Source: a virus. Taken from it: DNA of 30,079 nt. The notes beneath the pieces are model-generated. The model was not told the origin of the DNA. It ran no database searches and was given only the letters and a program-made list of their open reading frames with translations. The stretch covers positions 1 through 30,079 of IMG/VR virus record IMGVR_UViG_3300045988_012809. One strand, written 5' to 3'. Below, piece after piece: positions 8,492 to 17,207 of the stretch; the stretch's first letter is position 1, and every line of letters starts with the position of its first letter. Made by a program: the position numbers and the translations under genes.

Positions 8492-9385
8492 TTAGATGTA
8501 AGCCGGGTTGAACGTGACCGTCATACGCGCGTTATCCGATGGGTCCTCGGCGCTGAACATCCAAACATTCTCCCCGATTTCCGCGTAACTCCATTCACGC
8601 TGGATCACACTGCCACGTGCCGGATCGGTGCCATCGATAAGAATCTCATGCGTGTCACCGTTGATAAGAATGTAATGCCCCTCACCCAAACTGAGGTCAA
8701 ACGCCATGATATGCCCGCTCGGACTATGCTCAACCTGCGGGTTGACCACAGGCCCATCGATGCGAATAGTCACCGGACTTGGAGCACTACCCGTGTTATT
8801 GAGGCGCACGCTACCCGACACGGTTGTTTCAGACCACACCCACGTAGACCCATTGAGCGTGTCGATGTCCTCGAAATGATACGGGAAAGTCACACCGCCC
8901 TGACTGTTTGGCAGAGCAGTGTTACCGCTCACCGACTGCGTATCGTAAAGGTACGAGTCCAAAGAGGTCAAACCAATACTGAATTTGAGAATGTTGACGC
9001 CAGCCCACTCCACCAATGGAGCTGAAGACGATTGCATGACCTGCACTTGACGGCTGATGTCCCCCAGTTGCACTACAAGCGACTGACTGGTGATGTTAAA
9101 CGACCGTTTGAAGGCGTCCCAAGCGTTGACGCAGTTTTCCGTGCATTTGCCAATGATATGACCCTCAATGGCGATTGAGCGGCCCTGAGCCACGGGAATA
9201 TTGCTGAACCAGCCGTCCGACCATGCTTTGTCCTTGGTCTGCAAGGTCGAGCCAACGCCGTCGAACAGGCCCGAAACGTTTTGAAACGTTACGTGCCACT
9301 CGCACCCGTACTGGTCAGTCCCATACAAGGGGAACCCGTTCAGGGTTAGACGAACGTCGCGCGGGTCAAGAGTGAAGATAGCCAT
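8492..9385 (-). CDS. Distal tail protein (Dit-like)
   Basis: Lies immediately downstream of the tape measure gene. About 300 aa, typical of siphovirus Dit. The call is positional. Confidence 0.55.
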   Translation of the reverse strand: MAIFTLDPRDVRLTLNGFPLYGTDQYGCEWHVTFQNVSGLFDGVGSTLQTKDKAWSDGWFSNIPVAQGRSIAIEGHIIGKCTENCVNAWDAFKRSFNITSQSLVVQLGDISRQVQVMQSSSAPLVEWAGVNILKFSIGLTSLDSYLYDTQSVSGNTALPNSQGGVTFPYHFEDIDTLNGSTWVWSETTVSGSVRLNNTGSAPSPVTIRIDGPVVNPQVEHSPSGHIMAFDLSLGEGHYILINGDTHEILIDGTDPARGSVIQREWSYAEIGENVWMFSAEDPSDNARMTVTFNPAYI

Positions 9386-9410
9386 ACCCTCAGTCTACCC
9401 GCGCGGCTTG

Positions 9411-11459
9411 TCACACGTAATGGAAATTAATCACCCTAACGGTTTCCCGTGCCGCCGCGTTCGGGTCAAGAGCGTTCACCGTGATAGGCGCGTTCACACG
9501 CGGGACACTAGTCGCGTTCATGGGCACCGGGCTAGACATGACAGGCATGGGCGCCACGATGGACGAAGGAAGAAGCGAGTCCACCATGTTTTCCACCGGA
9601 CGAGTGGCCGCACGCGTGTTCTCCGTCACGCCACGGCCAAGACCAGCAGGAATCATCCGACCGATTTCACGGTCGAACACCTTCGACGGGGAGTGGATGC
9701 CCAGCAGGCTTTTGGCGCCGTCGATGATACCGCCAACAGCGTCCTTGACTGCTGAGATGGCACCGCCGATGGCGTTCTTAATGCCGTTAACCAGACCTTG
9801 AATAATGTTCTTGCCAGCGCTGAGAAGCCATGATCCGGCTCCGCTGAACACGCCCATGATACGGCTCGGGATGCTGGTGATGAAGCTCATCATGGAACTA
9901 ACGCCACTGCTGACAGCACTGGTGATACCACTCCATGCGCCGCTTACCGCTCCCCTGATACCGTTCCACACACTGCCGAAAACACCTCTGATACTGTTTA
10001 ACACGCTTGAGATAACGCCCAACACTGCATTAATGGCACCAGAAACGATACTTTTGATACCGTCCCAGACGCTGGAAACGATATCCTTGATTCCCTTCCA
10101 TACCCCAGACCAATCACCGTTAATCGCGTCCAATACGGTGGTGATTATCGCGTTGAGAACGTTCATAACCGAAGTGACAACCGTCTGAATGAATGGGAAC
10201 ACCGCGTTGATGACGCCTTGAATGTAACTGCCACAGATTTGGAACGCTGATTGGATGGCTGGTAGCACGGCTTGAATCAACGTAGCGATGTTATTAATCA
10301 CCGGTGTTACCGCAGTCGCAATAACGCTCATAGTTTGCATGATGTTGCTAACTACCGTCGCCAACACGGGGGCAATGGTCTGAATCGCGGCCATGATTAC
10401 AGGCATGATGGCATTGCCTAGATTCTGCAAAGCACCCATGAGAGGCTGAAGCGCCGGAAGCAACTGCGACTGCACGACTCCTACAACCGGTTGGAACGCT
10501 GTCTGGAACGTTGTGCCGATCCGCGAGAGAGTCGGGCCGATAGTTTGCACCAGTCCCGTAAACACGCCGCTAAGACCACTGATGCCTTGCGCCAACATAC
10601 TAATGCCGGATGTCAGCGGGCCTTTAAACTGGTCAAGAATCGTCGTACCCACGCCAACCACGGACGCTTCCAGATTACCCATCGCACCTTCGATAGTGCT
10701 GGTGCTGGTAGCGGCTTCCTTTGCGGCATCCGTCATACCCAAGTTCATTATGGCTTGGTTGAATTCATCCGCGCTGATCTCGCCTTTTTCCATCGCCTTG
10801 CGGAAGTCCCCGGTGTAAGCCCCGTTCTTCAGCATGGCTTCCTGAAGTTTGCCGGATGCACCGGGGATGGCGTCGGCCAACTGGTTCCAGTTCTCCGTGG
10901 TGAGCTTGCCTGCGCCAGCGGTCTGCGTAAGCACCATACCCACCGAACTGAAAGTTTCCGCGTTACCACCGGCTACAGCGTTCAAATTGCCAGCGGCTTC
11001 GGCCAGTTTGTCGAATCCTTGTACACCGTTCGCCGCAAGCTGCGCGGTCACGTTGCGAATATCGCTGATGCTGTAAACGGTCTGGTCGGCGTAAGTCTGA
11101 GTGCTGGCGGTGAGAGCGTCAATAGTCCCGGTATCCAGTCCGGCAAAGTTCAACGTGCTTTTGAACTTGTCCGCCGAATCGGACGCCTCCACAATATCGT
11201 CAGTAAGGTTGCCGATGGCGTCCACAGCCATACCGATCCCAGAGGATACGAGACCGCCAACGGCACCGGCGACTACACCGAACTTTCCGAACCCGCTGGA
11301 AGACTTGCCAGCCGACTTGGCAGCGTTACCCAGCGCCCCATCAGCCTGTCGCGCCGACTCTTCAATCTGATGGCTACCCGATTGAATATCCTTGACGCCA
11401 GCGTTCCAATCGCTAGTGTTGATTTCTGCGTCTAGGGTCAGTGTCGAGTCTGCCATCAC
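9411..11459 (-). CDS. Tape measure protein
   Basis: 682 aa and Ala/Gly/Ser/Val-rich, with long helical and TM-like repeats (GIKSIVSGAINAVLGVISSVLNSIRG...). It follows the chaperone ORFs. Starts with GTG at 11459 or ATG at 11456. Confidence 0.85.
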   Translation of the reverse strand: MMADSTLTLDAEINTSDWNAGVKDIQSGSHQIEESARQADGALGNAAKSAGKSSSGFGKFGVVAGAVGGLVSSGIGMAVDAIGNLTDDIVEASDSADKFKSTLNFAGLDTGTIDALTASTQTYADQTVYSISDIRNVTAQLAANGVQGFDKLAEAAGNLNAVAGGNAETFSSVGMVLTQTAGAGKLTTENWNQLADAIPGASGKLQEAMLKNGAYTGDFRKAMEKGEISADEFNQAIMNLGMTDAAKEAATSTSTIEGAMGNLEASVVGVGTTILDQFKGPLTSGISMLAQGISGLSGVFTGLVQTIGPTLSRIGTTFQTAFQPVVGVVQSQLLPALQPLMGALQNLGNAIMPVIMAAIQTIAPVLATVVSNIMQTMSVIATAVTPVINNIATLIQAVLPAIQSAFQICGSYIQGVINAVFPFIQTVVTSVMNVLNAIITTVLDAINGDWSGVWKGIKDIVSSVWDGIKSIVSGAINAVLGVISSVLNSIRGVFGSVWNGIRGAVSGAWSGITSAVSSGVSSMMSFITSIPSRIMGVFSGAGSWLLSAGKNIIQGLVNGIKNAIGGAISAVKDAVGGIIDGAKSLLGIHSPSKVFDREIGRMIPAGLGRGVTENTRAATRPVENMVDSLLPSSIVAPMPVMSSPVPMNATSVPRVNAPITVNALDPNAAARETVRVINFHYV

Positions 11460-11785
11460 AAGTCCTTCATAAGATTATTGATGATACTGGTTATCCTCTG
11501 GTCGCCATGTTTGGATAGCGCGGCGGCGATGCAATTGAACGTCATTTGGTATTGTTCAGCCAGACGCCGCCGTTTGATACGGCGCCCCTCACGAAGCAGT
11601 CTCATCATAAGGTCGGGATCAACATTGTTTTCCAACACGTCGCGGATAGCCTGCCACCCATACACATCACCCAGTCCAGCGAGGATATGAACGCTCGGAA
11701 GCGGTTTGTTGGACGCCTCTTTCCGTTTGTAATCCTTCATCGCCTCCCGTTCGACGGGAGTGAGCAGACTATCCCACGACCTCAT
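11456..11785 (-). CDS. Second tail-assembly-chaperone-position protein
   Basis: Lies between the first chaperone ORF and the tape measure. Basic C-terminal half. The ATG directly follows the upstream TAA, in the same frame. Confidence 0.5.
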   Translation of the reverse strand: MRSWDSLLTPVEREAMKDYKRKEASNKPLPSVHILAGLGDVYGWQAIRDVLENNVDPDLMMRLLREGRRIKRRRLAEQYQMTFNCIAAALSKHGDQRITSIINNLMKDL

Positions 11786-12139
11786 TTATTCGCCCTTGAT
11801 GTCAACCGTGATGTTCCTCGCCATAAGCCCGGACAACGCGGTCATGGCACGCTGATAGGCGAGACCGCTACGCTCCCGCGTCTTCACCTTCCACTCGGAG
11901 AATTTATCAGCGGGACTCATAAGCGATTCCACCAGCGGGAAAATAATCTTTTCTGCGGTTTCCAAAGTCTCACGGTTCGCCCCGCCAGCTCTTAGCCTGT
12001 CAATCGTCTCCGCATTATCCAAGATCGTGAGCACATCCTTCGAGCCGAGCGGGCGCATGGTATACACAGTGCCGTCAAGTTTGACGGTGAGGGTGCGGAA
12101 CGCTTCACGGGTGTCGATGCTCAAAACCGGGGTAGTCAT
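11786..12139 (-). CDS. Tail assembly chaperone (gpG-position)
   Basis: First ORF after the major tail protein, 117 aa and acidic. The call is positional. Confidence 0.5.
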   Translation of the reverse strand: MTTPVLSIDTREAFRTLTVKLDGTVYTMRPLGSKDVLTILDNAETIDRLRAGGANRETLETAEKIIFPLVESLMSPADKFSEWKVKTRERSGLAYQRAMTALSGLMARNITVDIKGE

Positions 12140-12199
12140 TATTGCTCCAATCGGGTGGTATCATGGATCATGTTGCTTTTCTCGCAACCTTCCATCTTG

Positions 12200-12229
12200 C
12201 GCCCGCCACCACAATTCTGGTGGCGGGCG
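12200..12229 (-). terminator. Perfect 12-bp GC-rich hairpin after the major tail gene (attenuator/terminator candidate, no U-tract)
   Basis: cgcccgccacca caattc tggtggcgggcg. It lies 11 nt past the major tail stop codon. Confidence 0.4.
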
Positions 12230-12239
12230 TTACTTATGC

Positions 12240-13064
12240 TCAACTCTTGACGTTGAAGTTAACCACGGTCTGCACACTACCGCTCTTGAACGTGACGGTA
12301 CCCGTACCGGCCTGCTTCAACTGAATATCCCAAGTGCCATCCCCGTTGTCCGTGGCGGCGGCCTTTCCGGCTTCGGCTACCGTGGCGGTGATGCTGCCAG
12401 TCGCACCGTTCGGGGAGGCCACCACATTGACCGTCACATGATCGTTGACTTTGCCGGAAATGTTCGTCGGGGACGCGGTAAGCGCTGTGACCTGAACGTT
12501 ATCCGTCTTGATAGTGCCGGAATCCTCGTCGTAATACGACGGGTTATCCAGATCAAGTTCGCCCATGACCACGGCACCGTTCGCACCGGCGGTCATCGAA
12601 CCGGACAGTGTGATCACGAACGGGTCGGACAGGCTCAGAGTGAATTCGCCGCCCGCGCTGATTAGCGCCTGCGGGATACGGAAGTCCTGCGCAGACGAAT
12701 GGCCATCGCACACGTTATGAATGATGATGTCACGCGGAGTGTTCGACACGCATTCGTTTGCTCCGAAACGCACCTGACCGGTTTCGGACATCGAACCGGA
12801 GACAACCCGCTTGAACTTTGCATTATGATACAGTTCGGGGAACAACATTCCGAGGAAACGAACGCTCGGACAAATGATGTTCAGCTCGAAACTCATTTCC
12901 TCATATGAGCCATTCGGCACGTTGATGGTGCCGGACTGCGAGGCAACCTCGGTAGTACCGGGGGTCAGGGTGATAGTACCTACTTCATCCTGCACAAAGT
13001 CGGGGCTGATTACGAGGTCATCGATGTAGACGGTCTTTTTGCCGATCAGTGGGTAGGAGGCCAT
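12240..13064 (-). CDS. Major tail protein with a C-terminal Ig-like (Big_2-type) domain
   Basis: Position upstream of the chaperones. The C-terminus VQVTALTASPTNISGKVNDHVTVNVVASPNGATGSITATV...GTGTVTFKSGSVQTVVNFNV looks like a bacterial Ig domain. Confidence 0.75.
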   Translation of the reverse strand: MASYPLIGKKTVYIDDLVISPDFVQDEVGTITLTPGTTEVASQSGTINVPNGSYEEMSFELNIICPSVRFLGMLFPELYHNAKFKRVVSGSMSETGQVRFGANECVSNTPRDIIIHNVCDGHSSAQDFRIPQALISAGGEFTLSLSDPFVITLSGSMTAGANGAVVMGELDLDNPSYYDEDSGTIKTDNVQVTALTASPTNISGKVNDHVTVNVVASPNGATGSITATVAEAGKAAATDNGDGTWDIQLKQAGTGTVTFKSGSVQTVVNFNVKS

Positions 13065-13117
13065 TGTAATGTCCTTTCGTCGGACGGGACTGCACGCGCG
13101 CGACTAATGGACGGTTC

Positions 13118-13546
13118 CTATTCTACCGTTTCAGTGGAGAGTTTGTAATCCACGTTAAATCGGATGCTTTTCACCCATCGGCCTTCACCGTCAATGGCGT
13201 CCATGTCGATGGCGGTAGCCGGATGCACGCGGATTGATACAAAGTCAATATCGGCAATGGGGTTGCATGTCAGTTGGCAATAGTCATGCAGCCGATTGTT
13301 GATGAAGTGCAGGAGTCTGAGCATCAACTTTCCTTGCTCGATTACGTCGAAGTAACGGCTGCTGACTGTGAGCTGATCCGTGTACAGGTCGCCATTGATG
13401 TCCACAGTGTTCGCGTTGACCCAGATGCCTTCCGCGTTGGTGACGCTACCCGTGTCCAATACGGGACTGGTGCCGAAGAACAGGGTCTTACCGTAAGTTC
13501 CGAAACCCTCGTTTTGTAGGGTCATGCACATGGCCAGATCAATCAT
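13118..13546 (-). CDS. Tail terminator / tail completion protein (positional)
   Basis: Lies immediately upstream of the major tail gene, 142 aa. Confidence 0.4.
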   Translation of the reverse strand: MIDLAMCMTLQNEGFGTYGKTLFFGTSPVLDTGSVTNAEGIWVNANTVDINGDLYTDQLTVSSRYFDVIEQGKLMLRLLHFINNRLHDYCQLTCNPIADIDFVSIRVHPATAIDMDAIDGEGRWVKSIRFNVDYKLSTETVE

Positions 13547-13556
13547 GATGTCGCTC

Positions 13557-13880
13557 CTATCCTAGATCGAAGTACGATTCCACACGGCTAGCTGCGGTGT
13601 CCCGCGCCCGCTTGAGGTAACGCACCTTATTCGGGTGGAGATGGTTCACACGTTCGCGGAGAGGAGCGTAAGGGACACGATCGTTGCCGAACGTGACACG
13701 CCACTTAAGCGTGGACACTTGTTGGAAACGGCCACTGTTACGCAAAGCGCCAGACTTGTAAGGCGCGTTCTCACGGGCCATCTTGAGAATGTCGGTCATC
13801 ATTCTCACGCCGCCCTTGTTTAACTGTTGGGTGGAGAGTTTACGCATCCAATCAGCGGATAACTTTAACTTGTAGCTCAT
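13557..13880 (-). CDS. HK97 gp10-like neck / tail-completion protein
   Basis: ARENAPYKSGALRNSG...VPYAPLRERV resembles the AP-x-x-TG-x-LR-x-S ... YA motif of this family. Confidence 0.55.
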   Translation of the reverse strand: MSYKLKLSADWMRKLSTQQLNKGGVRMMTDILKMARENAPYKSGALRNSGRFQQVSTLKWRVTFGNDRVPYAPLRERVNHLHPNKVRYLKRARDTAASRVESYFDLG

Positions 13881-14263
13881 ATGCTGTCCCTCCCATACGG
13901 GTTTCCATACACGGTGACAAACCGGGTTTCACCCATGTCCATATCGTCGCCGCGACTTGCTTGCGTGACTTGGTACACTCTGCCATCGGACAGTTTCAAC
14001 ATCAGATCAGGCCATAATTCCATGTTCTCCCGCAGATTCTCGGGGAGTGTGTCCGTTTGAATGTGGAAACGTCGGCTACTGATACGCGAACCGTATTCAA
14101 TCGGCTGGTCGGACTGGGTGGAATGCTTCACAATCACCTGCAATTCGGCCAGTCGTTCGTTCGGCAGACCGGGAGCCGTGTACCGCCAAAGCGTCGCCGT
14201 CTGGACTTGGTGCGGGAACAAGCGGAACGGGTCACAGAGCGTTGCCATAAGCGTAGTCACCAC
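13877..14263 (-). CDS. Head closure / head-tail joining protein (positional)
   Basis: 128 aa with an ATGA-type overlap onto the downstream gene. An alternative ATG lies at 14248. Confidence 0.45.
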   Translation of the reverse strand: MVTTLMATLCDPFRLFPHQVQTATLWRYTAPGLPNERLAELQVIVKHSTQSDQPIEYGSRISSRRFHIQTDTLPENLRENMELWPDLMLKLSDGRVYQVTQASRGDDMDMGETRFVTVYGNPYGRDSI

Positions 14264-14894
14264 CCATATAGTCTTGATCGTTCAGCCACCACGGCAATTG
14301 ATGATGCTTGCGTGGCATGGACAGGATGCTACCAGTCTGAACTTCGTTACGGCATAGGCTCCATTTGCTGATAAGAGACTGGTACGGGGTTAACGCACGT
14401 TCCATAGCCGTTTCGGTGATTGTGGCGTAACTAACGCTGACATCCTCGATGCTTTTGGACGTGATAATGTCGGTCTGGTCAAGAACGTTCTGGTCTGCCT
14501 CGATAACAGCCGCCAATACAGAAGATAATGGGGCGGGGAGTTTGGCGAACCCGTGCGTTCCTGTCACGGTTACTACCGTACCCGCCGTGAGACGTTCCGT
14601 GATGGTAATACAGTTCGTATACTTGGTTTCTGGCTTCCACCCGTCGCCCATATCATAGTTCACATGGAAATCGAGGTTCACGCCGTCGGTGGTCTGCACG
14701 CTGGTCACAGCCGAATACCATGCCAGTAGGGCTACGTGACGACCGTCTCCTACTATAATTCCCACGTAATCATCGGTAATCTGGAATAGGTCTTTTTGGC
14801 ATATGATGTTGGCGAGGTCTGCGAGCGCGGCATCCTTCCACCGCGCATAGGCTGCTTCTCCCACTTGGTCGATTACGCTGGCGTCGATGTCCAT
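14232..14894 (-). CDS. Head-tail adaptor with an extra C-terminal domain (positional)
   Basis: First gene after the capsid hairpin. SD GGAAGGAG. At 220 aa it is larger than usual adaptors. Confidence 0.45.
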   Translation of the reverse strand: MDIDASVIDQVGEAAYARWKDAALADLANIICQKDLFQITDDYVGIIVGDGRHVALLAWYSAVTSVQTTDGVNLDFHVNYDMGDGWKPETKYTNCITITERLTAGTVVTVTGTHGFAKLPAPLSSVLAAVIEADQNVLDQTDIITSKSIEDVSVSYATITETAMERALTPYQSLISKWSLCRNEVQTGSILSMPRKHHQLPWWLNDQDYMGGDYAYGNAL

Positions 14895-14918
14895 GTTTGC
14901 TCCTTCCGAAATGAGTTA

Positions 14919-14949
14919 GGCCCTACCTCCCATTGTAGGAGATAGGGCC
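14919..14949 (-). terminator. Hairpin downstream of the capsid operon segment (11/12-bp stem)
   Basis: ggccctacctcc cattgta ggagatagggcc. On the minus strand it is followed by TAACTCATTTCGG. Confidence 0.45.
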
Positions 14950-14985
14950 TTGCGGTGCAGTCCCGCTACTGTTTAGGGTAGCGTG

Positions 14986-15180
14986 TCAGGCGGACGCCAT
15001 CAGACCTGCGGCGATCAGAGCGTCCACTACTTGCTTTACTGTGCCGGATGCCGGGTCAACGTGAGCGGCCTTACCGATAGGCTGGCCCTCTTCGTTCACA
15101 AAGTTGATGACCTTAACACTGTTCATGTTGTCTTTGGGCAGCGCCTTGCCGCCGACTCGTGCGTACATTTCAGCGTTCAT
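14986..15180 (-). CDS. Small protein downstream of the capsid gene (unknown; decoration or head-associated candidate)
   Basis: TGATG overlap with the capsid stop. GAAGG SD. 64 aa. Confidence 0.55.
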   Translation of the reverse strand: MNAEMYARVGGKALPKDNMNSVKVINFVNEEGQPIGKAAHVDPASGTVKQVVDALIAAGLMASA

Positions 15181-17012
15181 CACTTGGCCTTCGGCTTGAT
15201 GACCACGGCGGACTTCTCAGCGTCCAGACCGCCACCAGCGTAAATCTCCTGAAGATACTCGTTGGTGTTCGTGGACAGTGCAAAGTTCGTGAACGCCTCA
15301 ATGGACGTATCGCCAACCACCGGGTAGTGGGACGCGGACATGATAATACCCATAGTCTTGGCGTCATCCGAGTCAGTCCACCATTCCGGGGTGATGATCT
15401 GGTTAACGCTGAGAGCGCGGGCCAGAGTATCGTCACCGCCGAGAGCGATGTACGTGTTGCCGTTCGCGTCCGCGGACATCAGCAGATTAGCGACAGTGTC
15501 AGCGTTGCAGATCAGCACCTTGTTTCCCTGAGCGCGAACCATGTGGGAGGCGCGCACGAAGTCCATCAGCGGGGTCGTATCCGTCATGGTGTAGGAGAGC
15601 GCGAAACGGTTGCCATGCCACTCGGACGTTTTGTCTTCCGCGTCGGTCACAACGCTGCGGAAGTGCGCCATGTCCGTGTAACCGCCGAGCGTAATCTGCC
15701 GTTCGATGGTCTGGATAATGTAGTTCGGGAGCTCCTGAAGCACGTAGCGGATCAGAGCGCCCGGGCGCTGGGTGCGGCGGATGTCACCCTTGTTCAGGGT
15801 GATGTACTTGTAGGTGTAGTCGGCCTGAAGCTCACGCTTCACGAACGAAAGCACCTGTTTCTTCTTCTCCGTGCCGTAGGAGGCCACCGGGTAGCCGTGG
15901 GCGCGGGTCTGTTCGGTCAGTCCGTCGATATTGCCGCCGAGGGTCAGACGATCCAAGCCGGTCTTGCGCAGCAGGTTCCACAGGCCGGAGCCTCGCGTGT
16001 TCAAAGCGTCCGAGATAGTGGTGATGGCTCCGGTCGGGATGAACTTGTTCACGTTGTCAGCGTCAACGCCGAACGATGCCGTGTCCGACATGTTACGGTT
16101 CACGGTGTCCGCCCACTCACGGTGGAACGCTTCGACACCCTTGTTGTCAGTGTTGATCAAGGCACGTTCGAACGCGATCATGGCATCGTCGGAGTCCAGC
16201 CACGTCTTACGGTCGTGGGAGAACTTCACGGTACCCGACTGGTGGGCGGCGTGATTGGCCTTGTTGATGATGATGGTCTGGTGGGCGTTGGAAGCCTGCA
16301 CGGGTTTCTCCGGTTCCGGGGTGCTCTTGCCCTCGCCCTCGCCCTCGCCCTCGCCTTCCGTCTTGCCGGTGACAGCGGCGGTGATCTCGTCAAGCGCGGA
16401 TTGCATGATGTCGCCGATGGAATCGGTGAGCTGTTCCGCCTCGTCCGGCGTGAGTTTGAACTGGGCAATGGTACGCGCCAGTTTCTTCAGGAGTTCCGGG
16501 TTCATGGTGTCTCCATTCTTGTTGTTTCGGCTGTTGATTGCTGTGAAAGCGGCCCGAGGATCGGCCCCACGATAGACGACGCTGATTTCCAGTAGTTCGC
16601 CATCATGGATGATACCGTCCTTGCCGGGACGCTGGTTGAATTCGACGGTGATACTGAAACTGTTGGTCAAGCATCCGTCTGCGGCAAGCTGGCGGATACG
16701 TTCGCCTTGATCTACCTCGCTGAGTTTCGCTTCGGCCATTAGTCCGGCGTCGGTCATCCAAAGTCGGGTGATTGCACCTGCTTGGCATTCGATGCTGGGC
16801 ATGTGGTCGATCAGGAGCGGTAGCGATAGTTTGTCGGACTCGGTGAGGTCGGACACGAGTTTCAGAGTGCCGTCGATTAACGGCGCTTTCAGTGTCTTCA
16901 GGTCTACGGTGAGTCCGTCACACATTACTTTGCCGCTGTTGGCGAGGAAGGTGAGGGTACGACCATTAGTTTCTGGGGCACCGCTGTTGACGAAGCTCTT
17001 ACGAGTCTTCAT
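15180..17012 (-). CDS. Prohead protease (S78/HK97-type) :: scaffold-like linker :: HK97-fold major capsid protein, in one ORF
   Basis: 610 aa. The N-terminal ~160 aa are protease-like (LPLLIDHMPS...NSFSITVEF...VVYRGADP). Next comes a helical, acidic segment with GEGEGEGEG. The remaining ~400 aa have a capsid-like C-terminus. Confidence 0.8.
   Translation of the reverse strand: MKTRKSFVNSGAPETNGRTLTFLANSGKVMCDGLTVDLKTLKAPLIDGTLKLVSDLTESDKLSLPLLIDHMPSIECQAGAITRLWMTDAGLMAEAKLSEVDQGERIRQLAADGCLTNSFSITVEFNQRPGKDGIIHDGELLEISVVYRGADPRAAFTAINSRNNKNGDTMNPELLKKLARTIAQFKLTPDEAEQLTDSIGDIMQSALDEITAAVTGKTEGEGEGEGEGKSTPEPEKPVQASNAHQTIIINKANHAAHQSGTVKFSHDRKTWLDSDDAMIAFERALINTDNKGVEAFHREWADTVNRNMSDTASFGVDADNVNKFIPTGAITTISDALNTRGSGLWNLLRKTGLDRLTLGGNIDGLTEQTRAHGYPVASYGTEKKKQVLSFVKRELQADYTYKYITLNKGDIRRTQRPGALIRYVLQELPNYIIQTIERQITLGGYTDMAHFRSVVTDAEDKTSEWHGNRFALSYTMTDTTPLMDFVRASHMVRAQGNKVLICNADTVANLLMSADANGNTYIALGGDDTLARALSVNQIITPEWWTDSDDAKTMGIIMSASHYPVVGDTSIEAFTNFALSTNTNEYLQEIYAGGGLDAEKSAVVIKPKAK
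16329..16358. repeat. Hexanucleotide microsatellite (gccctc)x4 plus one imperfect unit; encodes (GE)n
   Basis: gccctcgccctcgccctcgccctcgccttc, read directly from the sequence. Confidence 0.9.
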
Positions 17013-17066
17013 TTGTTCCCTTTCAAATGAGTAGGGGAGGGGTGCGGTCGAACGTCCTTAATGGGC

Positions 17067-17207
17067 TTAATGTTCTGCTCCCCATAGTAGCACGATGCGG
17101 TACGTGTCCAAACCTTTGCAGTTCGGGCATTTCAACGTGACCGTGGTGTTGCGGGCGCAGGAGCCTAGGTAGCGTCCGCAACGTTTGCAATGGATGTCAT
17201 ATGTCAT
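17067..17207 (-). CDS. 46-aa Com-like zinc-ribbon protein (not in the ORF track)
   Basis: Hand translation: MTYDIHCKRCGRYLGSCARNTTVTLKCPNCKGLDTYRIVLLWGAEH. Contains two CxxC pairs. ATGA overlap with the portal stop. SD GAGGTGG. Confidence 0.55.
   Translation of the reverse strand: MTYDIHCKRCGRYLGSCARNTTVTLKCPNCKGLDTYRIVLLWGAEH

Noticed and set aside
10491-11435. 314-aa plus-strand ORF
   Set aside because: It is antisense to the tape measure gene and has the same low-complexity shadow character. The minus-strand frame has clear tape-measure features.
12027-12665. 212-aa plus-strand ORF across the chaperone/major-tail junction
   Set aside because: It is antisense to two structural genes and runs through the 12200-12229 hairpin. 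It has Arg/Gly-rich shadow composition.
15159-16595. 478-aa plus-strand ORF, the longest plus-strand ORF in the late region
   Set aside because: It is antisense to the protease-capsid gene and its product is Arg/Val/Gly/His-rich and low complexity. It has no SD and no operon partners. This is a typical shadow ORF of a GC-rich coding region.
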